Shown here piece after piece: positions 36,955 through 50,667 of a stretch of 57,155 bases of DNA (position 1 is the first letter of the stretch; every line of letters starts with the position of its first letter). Source of the stretch: Catajapyx aquilonaris (Eukaryota); contig KZ538636.1 in NCBI GenBank assembly GCA_000934665.2, positions 1 through 57,155 of the forward strand. The letters are read 5' to 3'. Position numbers and translations under genes: made by a program. Under the pieces are notes generated by a model that searched no databases, had not been told where the DNA came from, and worked only from the letters and a program-made list of their open reading frames with translations.

Positions 36955-39900
36955 GGGGGGGGGGGGGCGAAGAGATCACAAGAGTTTGCCCGCACCTGCT
37001 GCTCAGCTTAGCTTTGAAGAGACGCAGATGGGCAAGGGATGGAGCAGCGCACGATCAGAGGAAGGAAAGAGGCAAGATGGGCATGCGATGCTAAGATGGA
37101 CACAGAGCAAGTCTGGACACACACAAAAAACTAGTCTAACACCAACACTTCATTATCCCTCAAGTTGGTTCGTTTTTGGCACGTTACAGTGTAGTACAGT
37201 CCTTCCTTGTCCTAGGACAAAACTTTTTGGGGTGGGATGCCATCAAGGAACGTGTCCAATGCTGGTACCGTCAGACCCAATGCTGGTACCGTTATCTGCT
37301 AGCTTCTGGCAGCCAAATAACCCCGGCAAAAAGGAAAATCGAGCCCCGTCAACGCTTAAACTTACATGGCGGGGCTGGGCTGTTGCGAATCGTTTCATGA
37401 CGGTACCAGCAAAAAGAGGATATAAGCGGGCCTCCGGGTGACTGAGTCAACGCTCCGATTCATTGGCACACCTCATCCTACCATTTGTATGGATTGGCAG
37501 AGCTTTCTTTGTAGGAAATCCCCTGTGCATGTGCAGATAAGAGGAGATCGGCGAAATGAACGTGAGGATCCTGTGGGAAATTGTTGCGAAGAAGGAGAGA
37601 AAAGTCGGTCACTGTCTTTCCATTAGGCCAAATCAATTTTGTGCTTCTTATTTGAAGTGATGGTGAACTCGAAAATGGCACGTAGCTGAGTGGACATTTA
37701 TTACGAGGAAATATGTAAGGGTGCCAGATTATGCTGACGGACACCTGAAAGACTGAGCTTTCTAAATGACTGTATCGTTTCTTCAGGAGTAAATAAGATA
37801 CCGATTGACAGGCCACAAAAGTATAAAACTACTTTATTGTATTATATTTCCACAATGATTTTAGTAATTACGCATAACTGAAAGTGGAAAACTTGAGCGC
37901 ATGTAGTAACAATGTAGTTAAATATCCAGCCACATTTTAGTGAAAAGATTTGACGGTAATGGAATCCGTTAGTAAAAAGAAATCAGAAATTTTCTCGAAT
38001 TAAAAAGAAAATTCGGATTTAATCCTCATGACTTTGCTGAAAAGTTACAAACTTTTTGCTGGCTTAACTTTCAGTCCAACCACGGTTACTTTAGGAAACG
38101 CATTTCCGGTGTAAATGTGACTTTATACCCTCTTTGATTCAAACTTGGTGAAATAAAAACCGGGGGGGGGGGGGGGGGGGGNATGTCTCGATAAGCAGTG
38201 AGGGAAAAATCCCGCAATTAAAGATTTTTTTATGAAATTCCCAAAACTATTATTCTTGATGGATTCGTTAATCCTTCCTGAGAGGAAAGACTTTCTTTCC
38301 TTCTTCTCCACCAACCCCCCTCCTGGGGACAGGAACCGCTTTTGCCAATGTTATATAGGATCCTAAGTGACCTAGCGGGAGATGTAATAAGGAGTCGAAA
38401 TCGAACTCGGTCTACGCCTCCTGCCGTGACCTTCTACCTCTTCTTTCACTTTCGTTCCGCTCCACCCACATTTCCTGAACGTTTTAAAGGGAGACAGACC
38501 CTAAAATACAGAAGCCCGCAGGGACAAGGCTTATATGTATTTATTATTCACGAATATATATTTACAATCGCATTTAAAAATTTTTTTATACCCCTCACAT
38601 CCACAGTGTAGCTGACTGAATTTACTGAGTCACATTACACAATATTGCATTTGCATTTAAGGCTCATCATGGCGCAATCTAATATTGCATTGGCCTATAG
38701 GTTTATCCGAGTTGAGCGAACTGAATGTGATAGCAGAAAAAAAACCCGGATGTTCATATGCAGGTCTCGAAATTTATAGTCAACTGGTTAGACCTCCATA
38801 AGTCGAAAGTAAAATATACTGTAGTTTATGATGCAGCATATTTTAAACTTCTTTTTACCCGCGGCCCGGTTCATAAAGTCAACAACATGCACGCAAGTGG
38901 AAAAAAAACTATGCTCAACGCCCTCGTCAGCAATTGCTACACTGCATTAATGTTTGTGATAACAATATGGTTATAAACACGAATATAAGGCAAATTTACT
39001 GGAGGCGAGTAACTTCGAAAAAAAAAAAAGTTACAATATTCAATGAACAAGCAAGCATCGTATCAAACCAAAGATCCTGCCGGATTCAAAAGCTCCCGTC
39101 CCACACCCACCAAACGCAATATTTTTTATACAAACCAACCGTATAAAACACAAATAATAATAACAACACGGACCATAAAGCGGCTATAATCCCCGTTAAC
39201 TAAAGGCCCGTTGGAAACAATTTTTCCTGCAAAAAAACCCAGAAATAAACACGGTGATATCCGCGTCCCACTAAGACCCCCCTGTTTTAGTGGGTCCCAA
39301 CATTTGTCGCGCGGCGTGTAAACGGCCGGCAGCTGACAGGAGCATCCCGCGTATTGTGATGGCGCTCATAAACAACCGAATATGAAAAGGTGTGTGTGTA
39401 AAGCGCGAAAAATTGTGGAGCCCGCCGGGGTCATTTCACCATTTTTGCTCCCGCATTCCCCCCTACTACCTCCCACCGATTCAGCTCCCCACATCCACCG
39501 CCTTCCCCCTCTCCCCCCCATACACTCCCACGCAGGATTTTCCCAACCTTTCTCCAATTGATCCTCTCTGTCCGGGCTATTCGCTCGTTCGGAATAAATC
39601 AGAATGGATGGCCAGGTCAGTTTTATTAGCACTTGGCAATGCGATAAATGACTTGACCATTGCCAAGGATCAGGCTCGGACGTGTGTGGGGGAAGGCTTG
39701 TTACTATTCCCTTCCCGTTAACATATTTTTGGAAGGAAGGACAGGGAATAAAAATCAGTCTTGCTCAGGTGTGGTAACCGAAATATGATTAGTAGGAGAC
39801 TGCTTAGGATTCAGTCAAATACTAGTTTTGATTACAATGTAAATCGATCAAATGGAATTTTGTGCGTCTGCATGAGCGTCGTATTGACGAACAAATTTAT

Positions 39901-40159
39901 GGGGAGGACCTGAAGTCCTTTTGTAATCGTATCGATCACGTTCGTGGGTTGAAATATGGATCAGGAAGCAGGGATAACCTTGAGGTATTGAACTGTCGTT
40001 AGTGTCAATGTGATGCTCACGGCATGAAACGCCTGATGTCATAACCTGAGGGCATTGTTTTGATCTCGAATTCAAGGCATCTTCAGTCATCCGAATGCTG
40101 CAATGTGAATGCCAAGTGTCATGGGCTTCACAACTGATTTCATATACATATACTATATA

Positions 40160-40352
40160 CAGGGTGTCTAAACTTTTTTGTCCGAACAGTTATCGGAGAA
40201 GCCTATGTATCTTCTAGCTGTGTAGCCAGAATGTGCCCCAACATTCCTGGCACATCCTTCAACTGTTGAGGGATGTGCCAGGAATGTTGGGGAATATTCT
40301 GGCTACATAGCTAGAAGATACACCGATCGGACAAAAAAGTTGAGACACCCTG
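40160..40352. mobile_element. Tc1/mariner-type MITE
   Basis: TA|CAGGGTGTCTAAACTTTTTTGTCCGA...TCGGACAAAAAAGTTGAGACACCCTG|TA: TA target duplication, CAGGGTG TIR start, nearly fully palindromic interior. Confidence 0.93.
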
Positions 40353-40479
40353 TATAGTGCCAAGTTCACCATGAACGTACTGTACAATATACCAGTACAC
40401 AGTGCAGATTTACAGTTCACTGCCATTTTTGAGATTTTTAAATATTATACCTCTAATAATATCGCCCAGCAACACTGAT

Positions 40480-40760
40480 TAAGAACATTGGATATGTCCA
40501 TTTCTGCCTCGGGGACTTGATGGAGGGTTGGATGGTTGTAATGTAAAGACTTGACTTCATGTGCCTGCCACCCCTCAAGGCAATAATAATCAGGACTGAT
40601 AGATGATGTATACTGTATACAGTGCTGCAGCGCAATATTGTGAGGAGTATTTCCTTCCTGGTAGATCAGAATAGTGTTCAATCGCGTGACGAACATTTCA
40701 ATTTTCAACTGCAAATTCATTCTTTGCAAAGTCCCGCGTAACCTGTGGGCCAAAATTCCG
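40480..40760 (-). mobile_element. possible decayed MULE-type transposase fragment
   Basis: PDYYCLEGWQAHEVKSLHYNHPTLHQ resembles the MULE motif PRTNNxxEGWHxxxxxxxxxxHPxIW, with IEMF upstream (compare FPxExWN). Confidence 0.28.
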
Positions 40761-42483
40761 GCTCTCCTGGCCCCAGAACAATCCCGTGGGTTTGCAGTAT
40801 AGGAGAGAAAAGTTCAGGGTTTCGGACGAGCAGACGAAAAGAAATGAAAACTTGTTTTGTGCAAGACATACCAAAATGATGCTGAAACAGATCAGGCATA
40901 ATAGTGAATGCAGTTTTTTTTAAATACACATTTTACATTGCATTTCCTCTAATGGCTCGCCCATAACAATAATTTAACGATATCTCCGCACCATCTGGAA
41001 CCATTGTAGCTTTAAAATATAGTTTGAATTCGCTTTAGTTTACACACTCACATCAATACATATAGTCCATGAACGGACAAAAGCACTCCTATTCAGAGGC
41101 TGTGCTCCAAAGTTTGACTGTGGCTGTCGGTCGCAGCGCCCCAAAGTTCCCCACATGACGGACCCTATTCACGTAGCTTGCAAGAAGGTCTGCTAACTAT
41201 GACTTTGAGGAGCGAAGGTGGAAATGACGCTTAGACTGAAAAAGTCTACCGTCATTTTTTCCCCTCCTTTGCAGTTGCAACAACGTGTAATTTGGCCAAC
41301 GGTTAGGCGGACTTTTCTGAGATGTCAAAAGCAGGCGCAACATGAAAAACTAACAAAGCGCATCTCTTCGTTTGCAGCTACGAATCACACAAATTGTGCA
41401 TGCTTGGGGGGGGGGGGATATATGAGACGGCATAAGAAGTCATGCTCTTTATAATATCGCGCGGCATTTTTTTCAGAGGATGATGACAATTGCAGGTATT
41501 TTCAGATGTAAAAATGCAGCATTAAATATGAGGTCCTAAAACGATCAGAGTCGCATTGAATAATTCTGAGATGTGAAAATTGGTAGACAATTGCTTTTTA
41601 CCTTATGCTGGGACATATCTGTAGGGGACTGTAATTATAGTTTAGCTGACAAATGACTTGGTCATCAGTAAGTGTATGTCTAGAACTCAATTCCACCTAA
41701 TTTGATTTCGACCCAAATATGAGTGTTCATCCTATATTTCAATGCAGCATCGGCTTATTTCAAACACTGTATATAAATAGTAAGACTGTAGTATAAGTTG
41801 CTATAACGCGAGGCAAAGTGCTGAATGGCGAGCGGGAAGAGAAGGCACGATAAGGCTCTACCGTACCTAATACTATATGAACGGGAAAGTTTACTTTGTT
41901 GGTCAGAACATATTTTCAAGCCAAGATAACTATTTACCTTCCCTTCACATCGAGTTTATACACGGTCATCGCTGGAGTGCTGGGACAATGAAACTCGCGT
42001 GTGGCAAGTCATACACTACATAAGGTATAGTTCACACGGAATCCGCTGGTGACGTATGTTTAGTTCAAAATAGTGTTATTTCCCAGTCAGCTAGCTAGTC
42101 CCCATGTTGCCTACATTGGTATCGACCGTCAACAATGCAAGGTATACTCTGATACAGGAACGACATCGTTTGTAACGAAACGAACGTCATATAAATGTCG
42201 CACAATATTGACGAGTTCGTCATTTTATTAGAGCGATTGGATGTCAAAAACTTAACATGACATTAAACGTAAAATTAGACTCCCTAGATTTTGTACGTAA
42301 CTCTCCCACGTTCAGTAATGCTTAGATAGCAAGCACCCCATTATTTTTTGAGTCAGAGTCAGCGAATTTCACTCATAATAGGCGAAAAAAACGAAGGCCG
42401 CCTGAATTTTTAAGATAGTCTACCCCCATCGATTTCCAGTACAAAACTATTTATGGACACCCCATTATTCATACTTGCAAGAT

Positions 42484-42597
42484 AAAAAATTCAATCCAAA
42501 AAAACCGCATTTTGAAAAAAGGAACAGATAATTTTATCACTGATAAAATTATTTGTTCATTTTTTCAAAATGCGTTTTTTTTGGGTGGATTTTTTTT
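42484..42597. repeat. AT-rich palindrome (~56-bp imperfect arms, centre at 42540); likely MITE core
   Basis: cgcattttgaaaaaaggaacagataattttatca-c-tgataaaattatttgttcattttttcaaaatgcg, with further imperfect pairing outward. Confidence 0.85.
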
Positions 42598-43516
42598 GGG
42601 TGGAACCAATTGTATCTTATATAGCAGACACATGTAATTGTCATATCTGACACCCACCCCAATTCCACCTCACACTGAAGGACAAACGCAAATTACAGTG
42701 TTTCCACTCAGCATGAGCCATATCATCATCAGCAATTGGACCCCCATGTCACCAGCCACGCACTATCATTACCCCCAATCGATATCACTGACCTGCCATC
42801 GCCAAGATCATCTTGTATTACACCTTGTCCGTTGCAACCCCCCAAAAATGTTCCCTAAAAAAACTGGAATATAATCCAGGGGAATGGTTTTTGAGGTGTT
42901 GGGTATAGTTGGGGGGTAGGGTAAGGGGGGGGGGGTAGGCTAGTGGAGGGCTTGCGGTAGAAGCAGAACTGGAAGTAAGTCCGGTTGGCAGGGTTGGCAG
43001 TGGCCTGAGTGCCACCTGTCACCCCCACAAAAGCCAGACGGCGAGGAGGCAGTGCTGCCCCTGACACCCGCGGCTGTGTTTAGTGGGGACGGGGGAGGAA
43101 GAGGGAGGAGAGGAGAAGAGGGAGGGAGAGGACATATAGGGGTGGTTCCCTCAGGGATAGGTCACATGGAGGGATGTAAGGGGCACAAACTCGCAGAAAC
43201 AAGTGTCACGTGCACTTTTGTAAAATCTGTGTGCCTTCACAGTTTGACTTTTCATTTCGCTTTTTTTTTTCTAAAAATTTTTGTGGTGCAGCGCGGAGAT
43301 AAATTTAGGTGTCTGGAGAAGGCTTGATGCTGTCCCCCAATTATGGAAGTGAGAGCAGGGTAGAAAATGAGAGCCTTCATTGGGTGTGGGCGTGGAGAAA
43401 GGCGGCGGAGAAGAGGCTTTGTTTGCCGCCGTCTTCTTTTGGCAGCTGTGGAACCAAATGCAAATCGCTAGCTTCTGGGGGGTGAGAAGGAGGAGGATGA
43501 AGAGGAAGTCAAATCA

Positions 43517-43547
43517 AGGAGGAAGGAAGGAAGGAAGGAAGGAAGGA
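43517..43547. repeat. (GGAA)n microsatellite
   Basis: Directly visible. Confidence 0.9.
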
Positions 43548-46089
43548 ATGAGGGAAAGAAGGAAAGTTTCTCCATTCTTCCAGCAGCTTTCCGTTTTCGC
43601 ATAATTATTCGTCAGTAATGGTGGAACTGCTGTACGGTACTGTACAGTGTAAAATGCTGATATGTGCGATTACTGTATCGGCTGCTTGAATTTGTTCCGT
43701 TATTACCAAATAGTTTCTGTAAAGACCACACGCCTACAGTCGAATAGTTGAATTCTATCCATTTCTGTATAGCCTACCATGTTAGAACTTAGCCTGTCAA
43801 ATAGCTCAGATCTCAAAACCATATAAGTTCACGAACTGCAGGTTACAACCTTATTATGTAACCTGCGGTTTATTTCGCTTTGTTTCCGTTCCAATCATGA
43901 ATTTATTGATAATTCACAGCCATGTTCCAATATTTGTACGCATGACCTATCAGGCTAGCCATGATTGTTCCGAGTGGAAACCTATTATTTGGGGATCGAG
44001 TTAAAAAAAAACAACGAAACTTCTTAACCTTCTCGAAGGAGAACTCGGAGGGGGGCCTTTTGCAGAAGAGAAGCCCCAGGCAAGTGGCCACTTCATCACG
44101 TTGTCAGCCGTACTCATTATAGACACGCAAGGAAACACCTATATCATTTCTGTCCTCAATCTCGGGGGGGGGGGGGGGGGTTTTTTTTTTNNNGGTGGGG
44201 GGGGGGTTATGTTCTGAACGTGAATACTGCCATTATGCAATACAAAGCGCTATATGCGGCTGTAACTTTGCTGGCTCGCCACCAATACCTCTTCACTAAC
44301 ATGCTATGGCTTTATATCGTTATTGATACCAGCCAGATGTATAGGCCTATATATTCTCGAAGCCGCATACAGATGGCAGGCAACTCTATTTGAAACTTGT
44401 CTGCAAGTGTCTTCATTAAACACGATTTCACTCGCGTTTTAGCAGGTGTTGTGGCTACTTGTATTGTATAGTAGGCCTACAGTACTATGTTGCATCGGTT
44501 AGAATTGATGGTAGTCGAAATGAAATCCTACCCTTGCTTAAGTGTCATAGAAATCTGACCCTTAGACCTGGCATTAGGGCCTCTCTTACTGACCGTTAAA
44601 AATGGACTCGTCTATGATATACCGCAGCGTCTATTAATTAGGAATCGACCGTTTATAACTGAAACTCATCTCACTTTACTTCCACTCCATAAGCTGTAGG
44701 AACTATAAAAATGAGTTTTATTTACGAGAGTATGACAATTGCTGCTTCTTTACAGCGAGCGAGACGGGTCCTATCATCACCGATGTAATCTGTTAATGCT
44801 CCATAACTCGGCGGTACGATTTTCATCTATGGTGCAGACATGATAGATATAGAGACGTCAAGACAAGGTGTGCACTAAATTGCAAAGTATCGGTACTTTT
44901 CAATGATTAACAAAGCCCATGCAATCATAAGTAGAGTTTATTGATCTAAAATAACTAAGTTATATTTAATCCACATTAAATCCCATACCGGTACACTTGA
45001 TTTTATTCCATGTGGACTCCATATGAAACGCGGAAGTAAGACTCGTAGTTGAATTGGGATCCCCTGCAGCAGCATCTGGGTGCGAGGCTTTGGCCATGAT
45101 TATCCTTCCCTTTCATCCCTTGAGAGCAGATAGTAAATCTCGAGACGCAGGGGCGGTTCCACACTGGCATTTCCAGGTGTTACGAGATAGGAAGAACGTA
45201 AAGGAATGCACAAAAGGTGCCAGTTTAGTATATGCTCGAGTAACTAGACTACACGCACCGAGTACACGGTTTTCCGTTCGTAATGGCTCAACATAAAACA
45301 TGTTACAATTGCACCAGAAAATATTATGAGATGACAATTGCGCATTCGCCAAAGTTTTCTTGGTCACTCTGTTTGGACTTTCAGTGACGAAAGACACTTG
45401 AATTTGGCGACTCATGAGAGCCACCTCTAGACAACCCTGCGGTGTCATCTAACAAGAAGTGGACGAGTGCCACCACCTGGCCATCTCACCCTAAGAACCA
45501 AGGCCAAAACTGTTACTACCCGCTGGGGAAGGGCTAATTTTATTGCGAGTGTGTTTAGCCGTGATCGTAAGGGCGTTAGACTGTTAGATTATCAAGTGGA
45601 AGTATAGAACCAACTGCCGTGAATGCTGCTGGACCTTGGGTCGAACAGTCTAGGAATTTTTTTCCTGCGTTGAATGGTACATTTCGTATTATTAATTAGT
45701 AAGGGAATGATACAATACTTGTACGTTCATATCAGCAGTTGAGTATTTCAGCCATTGTTTATGCCTGAAGTGCCAAAGTTACCTGAGCTGAACAGTCCGG
45801 AAGTCATGTGAAATCTTTTAAAAACGAAATGCTAAATAAAGGCCGTTTTTGATAAGTAAATACGGTAGACTACACGTAATAGTATTTTTTTCGGAAGGAA
45901 AGGTACACATTCGCAAAACGACGGTTGTGTAATGTGTCATTTTAGCTCCAATTCATTAAATATAGGCTACGACGCTACGTCATATTATGATTTATAAAAA
46001 ATATCAATTTGACGTAAAATAAATTATGTTACATGTTACAGCCACACTGTGTACTATTTTGTTAAAATCATAATGGTTGTGATTTGTGG

Positions 46090-46190
46090 TTAAAATTATG
46101 ACCACCAAATGTGTTGCCTGGAAAATAGCATCGAATGCCTTGCAGAGACATGTGCCATTCACATGTTCAATTCCTGTTTCGTTGGTCAAA
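46090..46190 (-). mobile_element. possible decayed LINE RT fragment
   Basis: EHVNGTCLCKAFDAIF resembles the RT motif VxGxFLDLSKAFDxI. Confidence 0.3.
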
Positions 46191-49100
46191 CAACATAGGC
46201 CTAAAGCATATAGGCTGCAACTAAACGGACTCGAGTTTTGAAAATCTCATTTGGATGAACTTTCACCCAGAGGGTGCTTGTGTGGTCACATGATATCACG
46301 ATAGTTACAGCACTCCGACAAGATATTAACGAATTATGCATTCATTTTACTATGAGCAACATTGAATGGCTCAGTGTGTCGATAACTTATTCTGTCAATA
46401 AATTATCTTATCAAAATATTTTGTTAGCGACCATATCGATATACCGATATGCCTTTCCCGAAAATCCCCCTTCATTCCCTCAAGCAATTAATAACAACGA
46501 AGATTTTCGGTTTAAAAAAAGGACACTGCCTCACTGCTCCTCTCCCTTTGGTTTAGTAGTGACGTCACAAATTGCGAACATCCATGACAATATTTAAATC
46601 CAATCAACTCCTATCAGAAAAATAAAAATTCCTTTACGCCATCAGCAGAAAAAAAAAAATCAGGACTAGGAGCTAGGTTTTATGGCCAACATCATGGAAG
46701 CAGGTTCCCGATAACCGCGGACGTACTTTAGACTTAGGGTAAAGTAAAGGAAAAAAAAAAATCCCTGATCCCCACAAATTGTAGAGGCAGGCAGGCAAAT
46801 TCCCTGGGCGAAGGGTCACAAGGAGTGACGTTGAGGCAGGTGTGCCAGGGCCCTAACGCTGTGGATTTGAGCAATAATTTTCCAGGGAAGGGAGGGGGTA
46901 GGAGGAGGAAAGCGGGGGAGGGGAGAGGCTTGGAATCGCAGGCTTGGCCCCATGTGCGCCATTGGTAATGTAAATAATACCGAACGAGTTGCACTCACCC
47001 TGCGAAACGGTGCAATATATCACAACTCAACGTAATGTGCATAAAGCCTGAAGCATGGCTACCCGTTTAACATGTATAGATCGGATAATATATTTTATGA
47101 GGGGGTGGAGGGAGGGAGGGAGGGAGGGAAAGGGAGTAAAAAGTTGGAGCTGGTAGACTAGAAAGAGACCTGGCTAATTTTCACGGTGTAGTGTCACATT
47201 CATTTCATTCCTATTTTCCTCCTGTCCTGAGAAGTTACCCGGAGCCTACTGGAATAGCACAGACGAAAATTACATCGGGACTATAGGTGCAAATATATCT
47301 TTACAGCTTTGTGTTAGGTTTAATAAATCGTGTAAGGGTTTATTTTTCTGACAAATCCATGCAAATATCAGAGAATGTCACCTATTTATGCGAATTAATT
47401 AAGGATGCGGCAGCGCACGTTTCAGACAATAGGATTTTGAATGATTTTATTAGGTGTCATCAAGGGGAGAATTAAAATGCAATTGAATTCCTCGGGTAAT
47501 AAAATGTCATATTACGGTATACACGAATCTTGCGTTAATTCTACCACTGATCGCCATTAATCTTTTAGCTCCCAAGGAGCAATGTGTTCAAAGCATTTGA
47601 CAGAAACACATTACACTTTTTTGAAAAAGAAAAACACACGACTTATTTAAAATATTACAGAAATGTATGTATTATCTAGAATTTTACAACCGATCTTCCC
47701 TAATTTCACAATATTTACTCAATAAACGTTACTTTAAATAGTTTTTTAAAACTAAATACTACTTTGTTGTTTTTATACTTTGAACATGTAATGGCCATGA
47801 TTGAGCTATGTTGTAAAGGCATCAAGAAAGCAGAGCAATTTAATATTTTGAAAGATTTCTTACGATTTAAAACAATTTCTGTTATTAGTGACTGTGGGTG
47901 ACTTTTTCTTCACTTGCCTTTAACATTAGGAATATAACCCCTTACAAATGTGCCAGAATAATAAAACAACAATGGATTTCCATTCCTCCTATTTAGGAGT
48001 ATGTTATAGTATGCTCTGATAAATGCCCGAATGTTCTGCTATTTATCAAATTACAATATTTGTTCACCGAGCAAACTCTACCGAAGATATCATGGCATGA
48101 ATAGAACACGGCATTGTTTTCAGGCTCCTATTGTGATCAGCCTAAAACAGAATTAAACAATTATTTTTCGCTGCTTAAAATGCACGTGCTGTTATCAATC
48201 AGCTTTTTCTGCTAATAGTAACTAGCCGGATATGTTTTAGTTATAAAACAAGATCAAAATTGTGCCGATTGAATATCCCTGATAGTGATAGAGTACGTAG
48301 GAGGACGGCCCAGCATATTGCCTTTCGTCCTCCAATCTGATCAAGGCCCTAAAAAGTGTCCAAAAGTAACTAAAAGTGATAGAGTACTGTACTAGAGGCT
48401 AGAGATTACAACTTATAAATACAAATCTAATATACCGCATATATTTATCTCACAATTTTAAATTATGGCTGTATGTGTCACACAAATAATACCAATACCA
48501 AATTGTCCACTTCATCGTTCCTAAGCAAGCCGATCATATTTTTGTCCTCTGTCATACATTGCAAAATTCGGTAGGCTATGTGTTCAACACAATCACAAAT
48601 GAGAAGTATCCAGTAAATGATACAAAACAATATTGTCACTTATTCGGCTACTCTGTTCTGCAACACACACATTATGTATATTTTCATAGTTCCTTCTCAT
48701 AACTCTACATAATTCATTTGCAGTGACATAGTATATTAGTATCAAATGATATGCTATCTTACCTAGAGAATTTGCGAGATTGCATCAACTTTATTACTTA
48801 TTTATGAAATATATTATTTGACGTTAGCGTTTGTTAAGTATATTCAGGATATGAAAGTTTGCAGGAAATAAACAAATCTCCATCCTCGGAACTACAGTAG
48901 GATAGGTCAGGCAGTTCATCCGAAACAGGGGGTTTGCAGATAGAATGCCCCGGGACAAAAGTAATAAAAAATTTAAATAATACGAATTACGTTCAAACGT
49001 GAACGAATTATCGTAAATAATAAATCTATAAAATTGGACATTAACCAGAGCTAAAGGGGACTCGGACGGTATTACGGGAGAAGCGACCCTTATATGGACA

Positions 49101-49450
49101 ACCTTTTCTGGACTTCTGGCGACTCGTATGACCCATCACGATTTTTAATGAAATTTTTAATTACCAAAATGTTCAACCAGGTACAATGCTTACGTAGATT
49201 TGATGTGAATCTCCCACCTAAAATTTTCATACTTTGCCTTGTTTTCTTCTCCTCTCAGTTTTTTACTTTATTTTGATTCCATTTTCCCGGACTTCCTTGG
49301 ACACTTAAACACATTCTGGCGACCCAGGGGATGGGAACATGATAAACATTTTGTCCATAGAGTCATACCATTCTGTATGAGCGGAACTGTTACTACACGC
49401 CTAAAAAAAGTTTAGTCCAATAGCAATATAATAGTATCCTGTCGCTATAA

Positions 49451-49727
49451 CGATAATAATAACGGATACCCCCTGATAGGCCTCCTAGGGCCTCTTAGGG
49501 GATCATCTTTTTATTCATCAACTTTCATCACTGCCTGCGCTGTGATTGATTTTGATTGTGGGAGGAAACCGGAGAACCACGAGAAAACCCACGCGAACAC
49601 GGAGAGAACCCATCGAAACTCTATCCACAGAAGTAGACTATCCTCCGTCCGACCCGGGGATCGAACTCGGGACCTTAGAGGTGGAAGGCTGCGGCGCTAA
49701 CCACTCGGAGTGGCCACCATGTCGCCC
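49451..49727 (-). mobile_element. tRNA-derived SINE, family C, with V-domain-like central region
   Basis: B box GAGTTCGATCCCC; central tgtgggaggaaaccggagaaccacgagaaaacccacgcgaacacggagagaac (plus-strand reading) resembles the V-SINE domain; (TTA) tail; degenerate TSD tatcctgtcgctata / tattcctggcgctata. Confidence 0.85.
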
Positions 49728-50305
49728 TATTCCTGGCGCTATACAACCATCACCACCCTTGGAGAGTGAAAGTTAGCAATACAACATTCACCTTGCTAGA
49801 GTGTTTGTGGTTGCATATCGCCAGGATATGTTTATTCAAAACTTTTCTCTAACATTCTTACCCTATATACGCAGTGCATCATATGATAATCTTCAGCTGA
49901 CCAGGTATTCCAAACAAGCAACTTTGAGGTGTGTTTGTTTTCCAGGCCCATAATGCTTCAGCTCCAGCACAGGATGCGACCAACGACGCTAGGCAAACAG
50001 CATGGTATCAGGCCCTATACCTCATTTCACACGAAGAATACCCCTCCATTACACCTGAGCCCAACAATTTTTATTAGTCCAAGATAACACATGCGAATGC
50101 AACGCAGGTGTCGAATTCATTATCATACCCTGCACTGAGTCACATCTGCGACCCAACCAAGACACAATTACGTTCCACGTTCCTGAATCACACGTTTGGA
50201 AAATCCGTAGTGGGAGGTAGTGGGAAGGGGGCACAATCTCCACCTGGGCTTACTTCCCAGGCGAAATAATTCTGCTTACTACCACCCACTCCTCACCCCC
50301 CCCCC

Positions 50306-50667
50306 NNNNNNNNNNNNNNNNNNNNNNNNNNNNNNNNNNNNNNNNNNNNNNNNNNNNNNNNNNNNNNNNNNNNNNNNNNNNNNNNNNNNNNNNNNNNNNN
50401 NNNNNNNNNNNNNNNNNNNNNNNNNNNNNNNNNNNNNNNNNNNNNNNNNNNNNNNNNNNNNNNNNNNNNNNNNNNNNNNNNNNNNNNNNNNNNNNNNNNN
50501 NNNNNNNNNNNNNNNNNNNNNNNNNNNNNNNNNNNNNNNNNNNNNNNNNNNNNNNNNNNNNNNNNNNNNNNNNNNNNNNNNNNNNNNNNNNNNNNNNNNN
50601 NNNNNNNNNNNNNNNNNNNNNNNNNNNNNNNNNNNNNNNNNNNNNNNNNNNNNNNNNNNNNNNNNNN
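50306..50667. other. assembly gap flanked by poly-C (left) and poly-G (right)
   Basis: N run. Confidence 0.99.

Noticed and set aside
36192..37011. Long ORFs spanning N runs (also 32822-33179 and 50220-50750)
   Set aside because: Their length is an artefact of assembly gaps.
46990..47060. Strong minus-strand donor AGG|gtgagt as the end of a first coding exon
   Set aside because: Upstream ATGs give either a stop or phase 2, incompatible with the phase-1 acceptor at 7540; a non-coding exon cannot be excluded.
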